A program made the translations under genes and the position numbers. Below are positions 1-12,374 of a stretch of DNA of 64,000 bases, piece by piece (the first letter of the stretch is position 1; every line of letters starts with the position of its first letter). The stretch is from Octopus vulgaris. Lineage: Eukaryota. The stretch is from NCBI GenBank assembly GCA_951406725.2, contig OX597820.1:94240001-94304000 (forward strand). Reading direction: 5' to 3'. The notes under the pieces were generated by a model. It did not search any database. It was not told where the DNA came from and was given only the letters and a program-made list of their open reading frames with translations.

Positions 1-149
1 TGTAACATTTTTTTTTTTTTGCAATTGTCTGATAATAAAATCATCTGGGTGTAAAACCGAGAGTGGATTGAAATGTGAGTACGGTAATTGTTAACCTGTT
101 ATTTCCTTAAATGTTGCATTGTTATTGTTGAATTTGTTGGAATTTTTAT

Positions 150-1285
150 TTGTCTTCCCCATAAGTGGTGAAGAATATGCAAAACAAACCAGAGGAGCTA
201 CTGCAAATCCGTGAAATAGAAGTTAAAGACAAGAATTTCAAGACGTATAACGACTTGCTGAAAAAGGAGGGAGATTGTCTTAGGCTGACGCCTACCAAAG
301 AAGGGTGCCAGACCTCCATAAGATTGTGGAAGAGTTGGTTTTGCCGGATGAGACTAGGTTGAGGATTGTTGTGGAGGGTAGACCTCCAATATGGTTTTTG
401 TATGGAGTAAAGGGACACATGAAGGCCAAGTGTCCCCAGAAACACGAGGAGGAAATAACAGAAAAAGAAATTCAAGAAGAAGAGAGTACAGCCGCAGAGG
501 AGGAGAAAATGGAGGAGCAATTTACGGTGATGAAAAGAAAAAGAACTTAGAATCACCACCAAAAAGCCCCAAGAAAAAAAAGAAAGACAATCGAAGAGAA
601 GAACAAGAAAGAAAAGAGAAAATAGAAAACCAAATGAAAAATCAAGTGAAGTGTGAACGCACAAAATGTTGCCTTCAACTAGCAAAGAAGGAGTACGAAA
701 GAATGGAGGAAACGAAAGAGACAGCGAAGTATAGACAGAGATATTTATGATGTACGAAGGGAGTGGTGAAGGATATCAGAGACTAATGCTTACAGGGAGC
801 CTCATAGTATATGCTTAAGAAGCCTCATAGTATATGAAAAGATCGTCGAAATTGAAAAGAGAGTAACAAAAATGAAAAATATTATTAGAATGAAAATGGC
901 AAACCATGAAGGTAAGAAGGGCATGCTGTTGGAGCGAGAAAGAAGGGAGAGGTTAGTAGAACTATTTGGGAAAAAAAAAGTGTTGAAATAACACCACTTC
1001 AGTATAGATACGACGAGCTGCCGCCTGCTGTAATTTTTGACGATATAGTACAATATTTGTCGTAATTTTGTGTTAATGAAAAAGATACAAGACTGTAAAG
1101 TAAAACTGAAATTTAAAAAACAGAAAATGAAACTACTTGCTTTGGGAGGGCAGTAAGCCATTTCATCCTCATTTTCATCATATTCATAATTGATCCGATA
1201 TATATTTATACGTACCCCATTGTCTTGTTTTGTCTGTCCTTGTGGTGCCCCCTTTTTATAAAGGCCATGTGCCTAAATAAATGAA
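150..1285 (+). mobile_element. Decayed L1/Tx1-like non-LTR element: ORF1 (gag-like) remnant plus 3' UTR, no ORF2 seen
   Basis: ORF 305..550 has RIVVEGRPPIWFLYGVKGHMKAKCP, a degenerate CX2CX4HX4C knuckle (two Cys read as W and Y). A K/E-rich region follows. The element ends in AATAAATGAAATC, similar to the Tx1-like 3' end near 44850. Confidence 0.55.
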
Positions 1286-2390
1286 ATCTGTTACAATCAT
1301 CTGAAATGGAACTGTCAAAGCGCGATATTTGAACAATTTTGATACTCAACTTCATAAAAGGGCGTAAAGCAGCTGAAACTGCTCGCGATATCAACGATTG
1401 GTGAGGAAATGACCAGTGAATGGTCAACTCGAAAATGGTTTAAACGATTTCGCAGTGAAGATCTGAGCCTTGAAGATCGTGAGCGTAAAAGGCGCCCATC
1501 TGTCATGGATGACGATCAGTTAAAGACGTCATTGAGGAAAATCCACGTAAAACCACTCGAGAACTGACAAAATAACTTCAAGTTAGCCAGAAAACTGCCT
1601 GCAACCATTTACATGCGATCGGAAAATCAAAATACTCGACAAATTGACACTGCACGATTTGAATGAAAATCAGAAAATACGCAGGTATGAAATTTGCTCG
1701 TCGCTTCTTCTCCTTAACCAGTCCGATCCATTTCTCGACCGTATTGTAACTTGCGATGAAAAGTGGATTCTGTACAATAATAAAAAACATTCTTTACAGT
1801 GGTTGGACCAAAATGAAATACCAAAACCCTTCCCTAAACCCGAGTTCTTCAAAAAGAGGTTTGTGGTGACTGCTTTGGGGTGTACTGCTGGACTCATTCT
1901 CTATAACTTCTTAAAACCCGGAAAAACCATTGCTGCAGAAACATATTGCCATGAAATTGCCAAAATGAACGAGAAACTGCTACTCCTCCGCCGCAAACTG
2001 GTCAACAGAAGAAGGCTAGTCATTTTTTATGACAATGCTCGGCCACACGTTTCACTAATGACGATCCAGGAGTTGAGGGAACTTGGCTACGAAGTTCTTC
2101 CCCACCCAGCTTATTCCCCAGACCTTTCTCCTACCGACTACCACTTTTTCAAGCACCTTGATGGTTTCCAGCGAAAGAAGGAGTTCAAAAATCAAACCGA
2201 TGCTGAATGTACGCGCAAAGAGTTCATCAGCTCCAGAACTCCTGATTTTTATGATACCGGAATAAACAAACTTGTAACTCGTTGGCAAAAATGTGCTGAT
2301 TGTAATAATATTTACTTTGACGAATAAAATTTCTGCATTGTTGAAATATATTGTGAGGAATTTCATGCTTACTTTTTACTCAGCCTGATA
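1286..2390 (+). mobile_element. Mariner DNA transposon, left TIR missing
   Basis: Transposase remnant 1306-2327; right end ...TACTTTTTACTCAGCCTGATA resembles a mariner TIR plus TA. Confidence 0.9.
1306..2327 (+). pseudogene. Mariner (DD34D) transposase pseudogene
   Basis: N-terminus MELSKRDI*... has a stop and frameshifts. ORF 1644..2327 keeps TCDEKW, DNARPH and YSPDLSPTDYHFF, with exactly 34 residues between the second and third Asp. Confidence 0.92.
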
Positions 2391-2394
2391 GTAT

Positions 2395-2700
2395 AGCTTC
2401 AAGCTGACCAATGCCTTGTGAATTAATTTGATAAACGGCATGTGTGTGTGTACGTGTGTGTGTGTGTGTGCGTGTGTGTGTGTGTATGTGTATGTGTGTG
2501 TGAGTGTACGTGTGTGTGTGTATCTTTGCGTTTGGTTTGGTCTCCATAACCGCTGGTTTGTATATGTACCCGTAACTTAGCTGTTCGATAGATTTAAGTA
2601 CCAGACTTAAAAAATGAGTACTGAGGTCGATTTATTCAATTAACTCCTTCATGTCGGTGCTCCAACTTGACCACAGAACAACGAGTGAAACGAGTAAAAG
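2395..2700 (+). mobile_element. Degenerate SINE family A (3' part, with internal TG microsatellite)
   Basis: Diverged matches to CGTAACTTAG, AAGTACCAG and CGGTGCTCCA..GAAACGAGTAAAAG. Confidence 0.65.
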
Positions 2701-2812
2701 ATTTGGAAATAGTCTGTTTTTATATTTTGTGTGGAATATTATGATAAAGGATTGTGGAGGATTACAGATTTGCGGGAAAAGGCTGCGATAGTAAACGATC
2801 GAAGATCATTGC

Positions 2813-3030
2813 TTTTCATTTACTTGCTTCAGTCATTTGACTGTGGCCATGCTGGAGCACCGCCTTTAGTCGAGCAAATCGACCCCAGGACTTATTCTTT
2901 GTAAGTCTAGTACTAATTCTATCGGTCTCTTTTGCCGAACTGCTAAGTTACGGGGACGTAAACACACCAGCAACGGTTGTCAAGCGATGTTGGGGGACAA
3001 ACACAGACACACAAACATACACACATATAC

Positions 3031-3105
<75 letters not shown>

Positions 3106-3272
3106 TACGACAGGCTTCTTTCAGTTTCCGTCTACCAAATCCACTCACAAGGATTTGGTCGGCCCGAGGCTATAGTAGAAGACACTTGCTCAAGGTGCCA
3201 CGCAGTGAGACTGAACCCGGAACCATGTGGTTGGTAAGCAAGCTACTTATCACACAGCCACTCCTACGCCTA
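2813..3272 (-). mobile_element. SINE family A (tRNA-like head, CORE-like segment, internal microsatellite, (GTAAAAGA)n tail)
   Basis: Near-identical to the copies at 13113, 30522, 42996 and 61950; head has A-box TGGCTGTGTGG and B-box-like GGTTCAGTCC. Confidence 0.92.
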
Positions 3273-3459
3273 AAGATATCTTGTTCATAAACACCGTTTC
3301 TAGAAATCAAAAACTATGCATGAATCTACAGTGACCCAGGAACGAAATTTGCATAAGGGGTGCAAACGTAGGCCCAAATGTTTTATAAACAAGGCCGATT
3401 TTTTTCAATCTTCATGTCAAAACATATGATATAGTAATGCTTCAAATTATTTAAAACAA

Positions 3460-3600
3460 TTTTCTAGACTCACTCGTTTTGGCAATGAAGTTTTCCAGGA
3501 GGATGACCAAACTGTTTTCGTTACAAAGTTTTTATGTACATGCACAGTATGTCAGTGTTGCTTCATTGTGGTACGGAGTCAGGTCTTCAAATAGCTCACC
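3460..3600 (-). pseudogene. hAT transposase C-terminal dimerisation domain remnant
   Basis: Minus strand reads SYLKT*LRTTMKQH*HTVHVHK then, frameshifted, ENFIAKTSESRKLF; matches the hATC pattern LKTWLRSTM...HVH...EFI...R...F. Confidence 0.65.
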
Positions 3601-5301
3601 CTGTTTCTCCGTACAGGAGTTTCTCCTTTCAAATAATACTCTACCGTCCATCTTTCGCCGTCGAACTCAGCACAGACATCTTCGTCTTCAACTGCGCCTA
3701 TAGAAACCCATTTCTTTGCCGATAATCTGTCACTCCTACAGACTTCTTCCTCTGCTCCACGCGCATGAAACGCAGAGCACCGGTCATTAAGCCCCACCAA
3801 CCGACACACCGCTCAATCGTGTGATCACGTCCTTTCCGACCACAACGTCGACGCCGTCCACTACAAACGCTTGCATCTTCAACACAGATCCTTGTTCCTC
3901 CTGTTCTACTTCGCTGACGGACGTTGTTTCTCAAAGTTCTGAGGATTTTCCAGCCACATCATATTCTTTAATCCATAATAAAAGGCCAATGCAAAGATTT
4001 ATCACTGTAGGTAAACACTGACTAAGGTTTCCATAGATTTTTATCAATGAAAGGAAGAACTTCTTTCTATTTATTCTCTTCACCGTATGCTTGCACTGCC
4101 AAAATTACATACAAAACTTGCGTAAAAAAATTCTCGGGTGTATTTCCACAACTGGTAACGGCGTGCCGAAATAACTTGTGATTTAAAAGCACGAAATAAA
4201 GTTGCTCTTACCTAGAGCTCCAATCGGGGACAACCAGCTAAATCATTCAGTTGTCGGCACTGCCGATTCCTCGGCAGCAAGTAGACTACGCCACGACCGT
4301 TAGCAGCACACAACATTTTTCGACTCAGACCCTGGAAAGAAAGAGGCCATCTTCAACCACTCGCTCGCCGACGTGACATCATCTCGTCCCTCTTCCGGTC
4401 CCTTCACAACGTCACTCTCGCTCCCTTTCGGTCACTTATCCTTCCACCACATACAAATTAGTATCCGTCTATGTTGCGGAATCGAGTGCTTGCGGAAATA
4501 GACGTATTTATATGTGGTATGCTTTCAACAGATCCTGATTAACTCTTCATACAGAAACATCATTCCCTCGTTAAAATTGGGGTTGTCAATATGCTGAGAC
4601 CAATTTGTTTCGAGGATTTCAGTTTCGAATTCCTCCTGGCCTTCCTGAAATTCAAGTTCATGCAGAGTGAGACATGTTTGACGTCCTTTGTGTGTGTTAC
4701 CCTCCTTCATAATTGTATAATGTTCTGGTCGGAAATAACTGTGGCAATCACCTGAACATTGTGAATGAAATCTGTATTGGTGGTAAGGACTAGGTTGAGT
4801 ATGTTATTTCCTCTAGTTGGACGAGCAATGATTTTTTGCACGAGGAAATCTTTAGTAGTATCGAGAAGAGCATTTATATCTCTCCAGTTCAGTTGTTTAA
4901 TTTCAGGTTGGATATAGCCCTCAGGACAGCTGAGACTAGGAAAATTTAAGTCTCCAGCAAAAAGTACATTGGCCTGTGGGTGAGCTCATTTGGAGTTTGA
5001 CGTATAAACGACAAAACATCTTCGAAGTGATCTTGCTGGTTAGCTGCATCAGGAAGACAGTATGTAATACCCATGATCAAACTGAGGTTAATCACATGCA
5101 TTATTAATGTATCGTACACTGTGTTTCAGTGGAAGAGGAGGACATTTGTTGCCAGGTTTTCTTGAATGAAAATCGCTATTTCTTGTTTCCATATTCTGTA
5201 GTCAGTTCTGAGTAGTATATAACCTGGCATATGTACTTCCGCATCCAATATGTCTGGGTTCAGGTGCGTTTCACTTAGTGCTACACATATTCTCTTTTTT
5301 C

Positions 5302-5395
5302 GCTGTACAATGTCTCTCTCGCTGTATAAGGTCTCTCTCGTTGTACAAGGTCTCTCTCGCTGTACAAGGTCTCTCTTGTTGTGTAAGGTTTCTAA
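5302..5395. repeat. 19-bp minisatellite, about 5 copies (GCTGTACAAGGTCTCTCTC)
   Basis: Direct tandem copies inside the LINE endonuclease 5' region. Confidence 0.85.
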
Positions 5396-6189
5396 AAAAT
5401 GATATTTTGTTAGATTTTTGAAGTGTGAAAGACCATGTACATTCGGCATTATTATTTAGTTTGTGGGTAAATGATAGCAATAGTGTTGTTGTGCACTGGG
5501 GTTATAGCAGTGGTTGGTACTGTGTGAAAGCTAGACGTCTTTTTTTATATATTTCTTTTGCCAGATTCAGTAAAACTAAAATAGAATTTGCTTGTTTTGG
5601 AGAGGTTGTTGTCTGAAGTGTGTATGGTTGCACTGTTGAATATGGTTACAGTTACAGTTTGAGGCTGTTGATTTCACGATTGTGCCCAGTAGGTATCTCG
5701 GTATCTTCTGAGTTTCGATGAAAGCCTATACCAACACTGCCACTGTAAGGGATGTTTCTACTGTGAATTTGGTGGTGGTTTGGTGTCATACTTTTAATAG
5801 TGCATCGAGTTTTCGGAATATAAATGGACCGACTCACATCGGATATAATCTTTCGTGATGGGAATAGCAATAGATTTTAGGATTCCAGGTTACATGTGTA
5901 GAAGTTATTAAGTGTGATTCAGCGTTTAGTGGTGGTGCTGGTGCTAGTGCTGGTGGTGGCGGCGGTGTAAGATGTGTGGTTTGGCTTTAGCCGGTATTTC
6001 ATGTACGAATTGTGCATCTTGTCCCAGTTAAATGGATGAAGTTACAATCACTGCGTATGCATAGTCTCTCGTGTTGAGAACAGCGGCATATTTTGGGATT
6101 TCGTGTGTTCATAATATTATTTTATTTACATTTGGCAGATTTATCATGGAACTGTCAGGTACAAATTCAGATTGAGGTGGACAGTGGAG

Positions 6190-6725
6190 GACGAAATGGT
6201 AGTAGCAGTAGAATAGGATGACAATGGTAATGATGGATCTCTTGTATTATTCTGAGGAGAATTTGAGTGGCTTGATTGCAGAGAAGAGCTAGGGACTGTG
6301 TTGTTTAATAGATCATCAATTGTTCTAGTATTGAAGAGTGAATTCCAATGCTAATCTTGTTATTGTTGCTATTGTTTAGTTGTGTTAAGAGTAGTAGCAG
6401 TAGAACATGATGGAAATAATGATGATGGGCCTGTTATGATATTCCGAGGAAATGAGGAAGTGAACAGCTGAACTGTGAAAGGCTCTTGATTGTGGAGTTT
6501 AATCGGTCATCAACTGTTTTGGTATTGAAGAGTGAGCTCCAATGCAGGTCTTGTTGCTATGGTTTAGTTTTGGTAAGGGTAGTAGTAGTAGAACATGATG
6601 ACAATGGTGATGGTGGGTCACCTGTGGTATTCCGAAGAAATCAGGAAGTGGACAGCTGAACTGTGAAAGGCTCTTGATTGAGGAATTTAGTAGTTCACCA
6701 GTTGTAGTAGAATTGAAGAGTGGAC
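6190..6725. repeat. About 185-190-bp tandem repeat, 3 diverged copies, in LINE ORF1 region
   Basis: AGTAG(C/T)AGTAGAA..GATG recurs at about 6201, 6393 and 6583; TTGAAGAGTG recurs three times. Confidence 0.75.
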
Positions 6726-6760
6726 GTGGTTGTTGTTGCTATATATATATATATATATAT

Positions 6761-6970
6761 TCTTTTATTCTTTTATTTGTTTCAGTTATTTGACTGCGGC
6801 CATGCTGAAACACCGCCTTTTATTGAATAAATCGACCCCGGAACTTATTCTTTGTAAGCCTAGTACTTATTCGCTCGGTTTCTTTTGCCAAATCGCTAAG
6901 TTAGGGTACGTAAACACATCGTTTGTCAAGCGATGGTTGGGGTTAGAAACACAGACACACAAACATATGC

Positions 6971-7001
<31 letters not shown>

Positions 7002-7166
7002 CGACGAGCTTCTTTCAGTTTCCGTTTATCAAATCCACTCACAAGGCTTTGGTCGGCCCGAGGCTATAGTAGAAGACATTTTCCCAAGGGTCCACGCAAT
7101 GGGATTTAACGCGGGACCATGTGATTGGTAAGCAAGCTATTTACCACACAGCCACTCCTGCGCCTA
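6761..7166 (-). mobile_element. SINE family A
   Basis: Full head-to-tail similarity to other family A copies. Confidence 0.9.
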
Positions 7167-7717
7167 TATGTATATATATGTTTATATATGTGTGTATATA
7201 TGTATGTATGTACATGTGGTTTTAATTTTATTGTTGAGGATGCTTTAGTTCAGTAATATATCTTTCTAGGGATTTAGTGTGGGGCTATTCTTTTTGTTTA
7301 TTTTAGTTCTTTGCTCTTATTTTATGAAGAAACCTAACTTCAAGCAACTTTTTTTTTACATATGGATTTTTAAATACCATTTCTTAAGCCTAGAGGGCAA
7401 TATTGAATTTTGGCGCCCCCCCCCCCCCACAAAATTTTTGAGGATGCTAGTGCACTCCTTGCACCTCCTGTTCCTGGGTCCTTGTGAGTCTAACTATATA
7501 TAAAAGGAGGGGAATTAACAGGCATTTTGTACATAGCAGAAAGGAAAGATGGACCTCTACAGGATCATTCATTCTTCTAGATATAGCTACCAAACTTGCT
7601 TCAAATTATGTCTTCTTACTCTCTTAAAAAGGAAACGACATAAACACTACAATCATAGATGAACATGAAGACTACAATCACCGCCAAACCACTCCAAGCC
7701 GTCCTAGAAAAAGAAAA

Positions 7718-8025
7718 CTGGCGTTCTGTTGGTTGCGAGGCCAAGGGTTCCAATTGATCCGATCAACGTAACAGCCTGCTCGTGAAATTAACATACAAGT
7801 GGCTGAGCACTCCACAAACACGTGTATTCTTAAGGTAGTTCTTGGGGTGATTCAGCATAACATAGAACGTGACAAGACTGGAGCTTTGAAATACAGGTAC
7901 TACACATTTTTGCCAGCTGAGTGGATCGGAGTAAATGTGAAATATAGTTTTTTTGCTAGGAATCGAACTCACGACCTTACGATCGTAAGTCGAATACCTT
8001 AACCACTAAGCCACGCGCCTTCACT
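7718..8025 (-). mobile_element. SINE family B2 (tRNA-like head)
   Basis: Head revcomp GAAGGCGCGTGGCTTAGTGGTT; tail CAGCCTGCTCGTGAAATTAAC shared with family B1. Confidence 0.85.
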
Positions 8026-8503
8026 TGAAAAAGAAAGCGCAATGAACAACGCTTTCATATATACACAAACAGTAGGATTTGTGGCGGCTGGAAGATACGT
8101 GATCAAAGGGTTATCAGATATGGGTGCAAGCATGGCTGTGTTATTAAGAAGTTTGCTTCGCAATAATATCGTTTCAGATTTGATCGAACTGGAAAAGTAT
8201 ATTGAACTATAAACTCAGGCCAATCAAACTCTTGTGAATGGAATTTTGTAGACGGAAACTGTAGAAGCATATCAAAGGGATCGCCCTTGTTCTAGACTGA
8301 CGTTATTCCTTTCCCTCTTCTTTTAAGTCAAAAGAGTTCACTTTGTTGTAAGAATTCGGTCTAGGTCTCTAATTTGACAATAAGTATTGTAATTGCTCTT
8401 ACTAGTTTTTGGTTATTTATTCATTGAAATAATAAAACAGTATCTAGAGATCTCCATCGGTCAGTGTCGGCCATGTATCTACATTCGTATATACATACCT
8501 AGG

Positions 8504-8890
8504 GGAGGCGCAATGGCCCAGTGGTTAGGGCAGCGGACTCGCGGTCATAGGATCGCGGTTTCGATTCCCAGACCGGGCGTTGTGAGTGTTTATTGAGCGA
8601 AAACACCTAAAAGCTCCACGAGGCTCCGGCAGGGGATGGTGGTGATCCCTGCTGTACTCTTTCACCACAACTTTCTCTCACTCTTACTTCCTGTTTCTGT
8701 TGTGCCTGTATTTCAAGGGGCCGGCCTTGTCACTCTCTGTGTCACGCTGAATATCCCCGAGAACTACGTTAAGGGTGCACGTGTCTGTGGAGTGCTCAGC
8801 CACTTACACGTTAATTTCACGAGCAGGCTGTTCCGTTGATTCGGATCAACCAGAACCCTCATCGTCGTAACCGACGGAGTGCTTCCATCC
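8504..8890 (+). mobile_element. SINE family B1, full length, with 13-bp TSD
   Basis: Head GGAGGCGCAATGGCCCAGTGGTTAGGGCAGCGGACTCGCGG...GGTTTCGATTCC. TSD ATACATACCTAGG at 8491-8503 and 8891-8903. Confidence 0.93.
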
Positions 8891-8908
8891 ATACATACCT
8901 AGGTGAGA

Positions 8909-8944
<36 letters not shown>

Positions 8945-8949
<5 letters not shown>

Positions 8950-9125
8950 CTGGCAGTTGCTCATGCATGCAAGTTTCCCTTCTCCACATCGCCGGTGTCG
9001 TCCGAGGGAAAGGTCACCGCTTTAGGGCCGACATATCTTGGCACAAGTTTCGTTGCAAGAATTACTGTCCGAATGATGCAAAGGGTCATGATAAACGCTG
9101 CAAGTTATCTCGTCCAGCGCTCTAA
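8945..9125 (-). mobile_element. Degenerate SINE fragment with family D tail
   Basis: Reverse-complement similarity to the tail at 27200-27310 (GCCAAG..TATCGGC..CCTTTC..CACCGG..GCATGGGCGACTGC). Confidence 0.55.
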
Positions 9126-9544
9126 CAGTTTCGCCAATCCATTATCCACCACCACCACCACCACTACCACCAACCAACAATGAAATCAACAATGAAATCA
9201 AAAACAACATATTTCACAAACCAACCAGTAAATATTATTATGAAATACTTTTCCGTAATCAACCATCAAAATTCTCACAATGTAAACATAGATAACCGTT
9301 CCTCTGCACACCATCGACACCTTTCACCCAATACCATAAACATGGCAGCTTTCCAAAACCAAAACACACCAGAGAAGCACTTCAAAAAAAATTTACAAAC
9401 CACTCAACAGAGTGACAAATGCATGCATAACAAAATACCTAAAATTCTATAGAATCATTAACATTCATAGAAATCTTTATTAATATCAATACAGACCGTA
9501 TCTCTAAACTATGGAAAATAGTTACGCAATAAAATTTGATTTCA

Positions 9545-9731
9545 AATTTTGGCCCAAGGCCAGTAATTTCGGGGTAAGGGGTAAGTCGATTACATCGGTC
9601 TCAGTATTCAACCTCGAAACGATGAAAGGCAAGGTTGACCTCGGCGGAATTAGAACTCAGAACGTGAAGACTGACGAGATGCCGCTAAGCATTTTGCCCA
9701 GTGTGATAATGATTCTTACAGCTCGCCGCCT
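9545..9731 (-). mobile_element. SINE family C monomer
   Basis: GATGAAAGGCAAGGTTGACCTCGGCGGAATT core. Imperfect TSD TAGTTA(C/T)GCAATAAA at 9519-9533 and 9732-9746. Confidence 0.85.
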
Positions 9732-9920
9732 TAGTTATGCAATAAATATTATATAGGTCAGAGATATATGTATGGTAAAGTAGTTCGCTTCGTTTCTATA
9801 TGATTCTGGTTTCGATTCTTAATCCAGTGCGCTCTATGTTGGACAATTTTTTTTTTTTTTTCTGTAACCTAGAGTTCACTAATACCTTGTATTCGGAAAC
9901 CAAGTAGAAGTCAAAGTCTG

Positions 9921-10002
<82 letters not shown>

Positions 10003-10294
10003 GTGCGCGTGAGAGAGAGAGAGAGAGAGAGAGAAATGTTCGCGTTTATGTTTGCATCTGTGGAGAATAACAAGATAATAAAAACATAAAAGAAGTATTA
10101 AAACCACATTAAGTCGGTATTGTATACATCCGTTCCTTTAAAATAAGTCCCCTTACTATCTTAAAAATAAACATTAAAGTCATAGATTTATTTGAAATAT
10201 TATCAAATGCGTTCACGACTTGAACACGTTTGACTGTCTGCTAGGCAGATCTCTTATACACAAAATAAAAATTTTGAGATATATATATATAGTT

Positions 10295-10580
10295 AACCTG
10301 AAATTTCGTGGGGAGGGGACTAGTTGATTACATCGACCTCAGTACTCGACTGGTATTTAAAAATTTTTTTCTTCATCGTTCCGGAAAGGACGAAATTTGC
10401 TCGCCGTCTTAATAATAATCCTTTCTACTATAAGTAGAAGGCCTGGAATTTGAAGAGAGGGGATACATCGACCCCTCTGCTCTACTGATACTTATTTCAA
10501 CGATTCCGAAAGGATGAAAGGCAAAGTCGACCTCGGCGGAATTTGAACTTAGAAAGTAGCGATGGGCTAAGCTCACCGAC
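10295..10580 (-). mobile_element. Two degenerate family C SINE fragments
   Basis: GATTACATCGACC and GAAAGGATGAAAGGCAAAGTCGACCTCGGCGGAATTTGAAC motifs. Confidence 0.75.
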
Positions 10581-10619
10581 AAATGATAAAGATCCTGGTG
10601 GTGGTGGTGAAGGTGGTGG

Positions 10620-10826
10620 ACAGACTGACAGACACACACACACAAACGTGTGTGCATAGAAATATATAAAATAGCCTTCTTCCCGTTTCCGTCAACCAGA
10701 TCCACTTACAAAGCTTTGGTCGAACGGCCTGAGGCAATAGTAGAAGACACTTGCCCAAGGTGCCTCACAGTGGGACTGAACCCCGAACCATGTGGTTGAG
10801 AAACAAGCTTCTTACCATGCAGCCAC
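10620..10826 (-). mobile_element. SINE family A, 5' half
   Basis: TAGAAGACACTTGCCCAAGGTGCC..GGGACTGAACCC..ACCATGTGGTTG. Confidence 0.8.
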
Positions 10827-11116
10827 GTAAAACTAATTAAACTCAGCAAGACCAACATCACACCAACGCACGCGCCTTTACATACAATGCCTCAGCATCA
10901 CTGACACCGTACATAGGATACATAATGATGACTGAAATAAAAGTATTGTCAACACAATAGGAATCTAATTCACAGATAAATTATTTGGACCATAAATAAT
11001 GCCAGTCCTGTCAGGAATACCAGTTTCTCTCAAAACCTGAATGACTACTAATTATCCAAAACAGTGGGTTTCTGGGGTTTAATTTCTAACCATTGTTGTA
11101 AAACAAATAAAACTGT

Positions 11117-11447
11117 CATTCCGTCGGTTACGACGACGAGGATTCCAGTTCATCCGATCAACGAAACTGCCAGTTTTGTGAAATTAATAAAATAAACGTG
11201 CATGGGGTTGAGCACTCCACAGACACGCGAACTCTTAACGTAGTTCTCAGGGAGATTCAGCGGGACACAGAATGTAACGAGGATGAGCCTTTGAAATACA
11301 GGTACTACTCATGTTTGGCAGCTGGGTGGAGTGGTTCAACATGAAATAAAATGTCTTGCTAAAAAAACATAACCTGCCACCAAGAATCGAACTCACGACC
11401 TTGAGATCGTGAGCCGAATACCCTAACCACTAAGCCATGCGCCTTCG
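11117..11447 (-). mobile_element. SINE family B2
   Basis: Head and tail similarity to the copies at 7718 and 22237. Confidence 0.85.
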
Positions 11448-11607
11448 CCGTTGCTGAAGCTCCTATATAACTGACAACCTGAAAGTGAAAGAAAACTTCT
11501 AGCAACGCACAGCGAGTAATTTCTCTTGCTTCCCAAATTGCAGCAGGGGTTTTATGATTCCTTGTCAAAAGCGCCTCAACGTATACTCCCCAACCATGAT
11601 GGCTCTG

Positions 11608-11840
11608 TAAGCAGCATCAGTAACAGCAGCTATAACAGCAACAGCAGCAGCAATAGCAACTGCAACAACAACAACAATAACAGCAACAACAACTGTAATA
11701 AGAACAACAATAGCAGCAAACCACCACCACTACAGTAGCAGCAACGGTGACAGCAACAGTGGCAGCAACAATGCCAAAAGACACAGCAGTAGCAGCAGTC
11801 GCAGCAACAGTAACATTAACAATAACAACTACAAGAACAA
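11608..11840. repeat. Cryptic (CAG/CAA/AAC)n low-complexity tract
   Basis: Visible degenerate trinucleotide periodicity. Confidence 0.8.
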
Positions 11841-12374
11841 AATCAATCAAGCGTCAATGAGAGCGCTTCTACGTGGTCGCTCACACTGCTAGATATAGCA
11901 ACCTAATTTCCCTCAAAGCACACTCTAGCGTAAGGTAATCCTAGTATCTGGAAAAAAAATGAACATTATGGAATGCCCCAGCAGGGATACCTTTTCTCAT
12001 AGGTCTGCCTCATTATTGCTAATCTGTAGTTAAACAACAGACATTATTATTGTATAAAAGTTGTCAAAAAACACTTGTATTCTCTTCCTCTAAATGTTGA
12101 GTTCGAATTCCGCCGGGAGCAGACTTTGGCTTCCATCGCAGTAAAGTCACCAACATATGTAACACAATTATGTATTTATTGAAATAGGTCACTGGAGGGG
12201 ACTATATCTACCCACACAGAAAATATGCTTTATATCCAGTTACAGAGATTCAGTAATAAAGAGGTGTAGATGAATCTCGGTCCGCTTCGAGGATGAGTAT
12301 GCGGTTGTTCGATCACTTGAACTGATTAATCATTGAATTGGCGGGTGAAGCGGATGAGTATTGCCATTTTGTTA

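Larger units (their letters stand above)
4500..6725 (-). mobile_element. Decayed CR1/L2-like LINE: ORF1 with CCCH-type fingers and APE endonuclease, RT absent
   Basis: Endonuclease motifs NVHGL, VALSETHLNPDILDAEVHMPGY, LFAGDLNFP and PTRGNNILNLVLT. ORF1-like PKICRCSQHERLCIRSDCNFIHLTGT near 6010-6110. Confidence 0.8.
3329..7484 (-). mobile_element. hAT-superfamily DNA transposon carrying nested insertions
   Basis: TIRs CAGTGACCCAGGAAC (3329-3343) and revcomp CAAGGACCCAGGAAC (7470-7484), 13/15 match. 8-bp TSD TGAATCTA (3321-3328) / TGAGTCTA (7485-7492). Confidence 0.8.

Noticed and set aside
1644-2327. Domesticated or active SETMAR-like transposase
   Set aside because: Triad intact, but the N-terminus has a stop and frameshifts, conserved motifs are eroded and no fusion exon is seen.
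8504-8580. tRNA gene
   Set aside because: The tRNA-like head continues into a SINE body with a TSD; no convincing acceptor stem or terminator.
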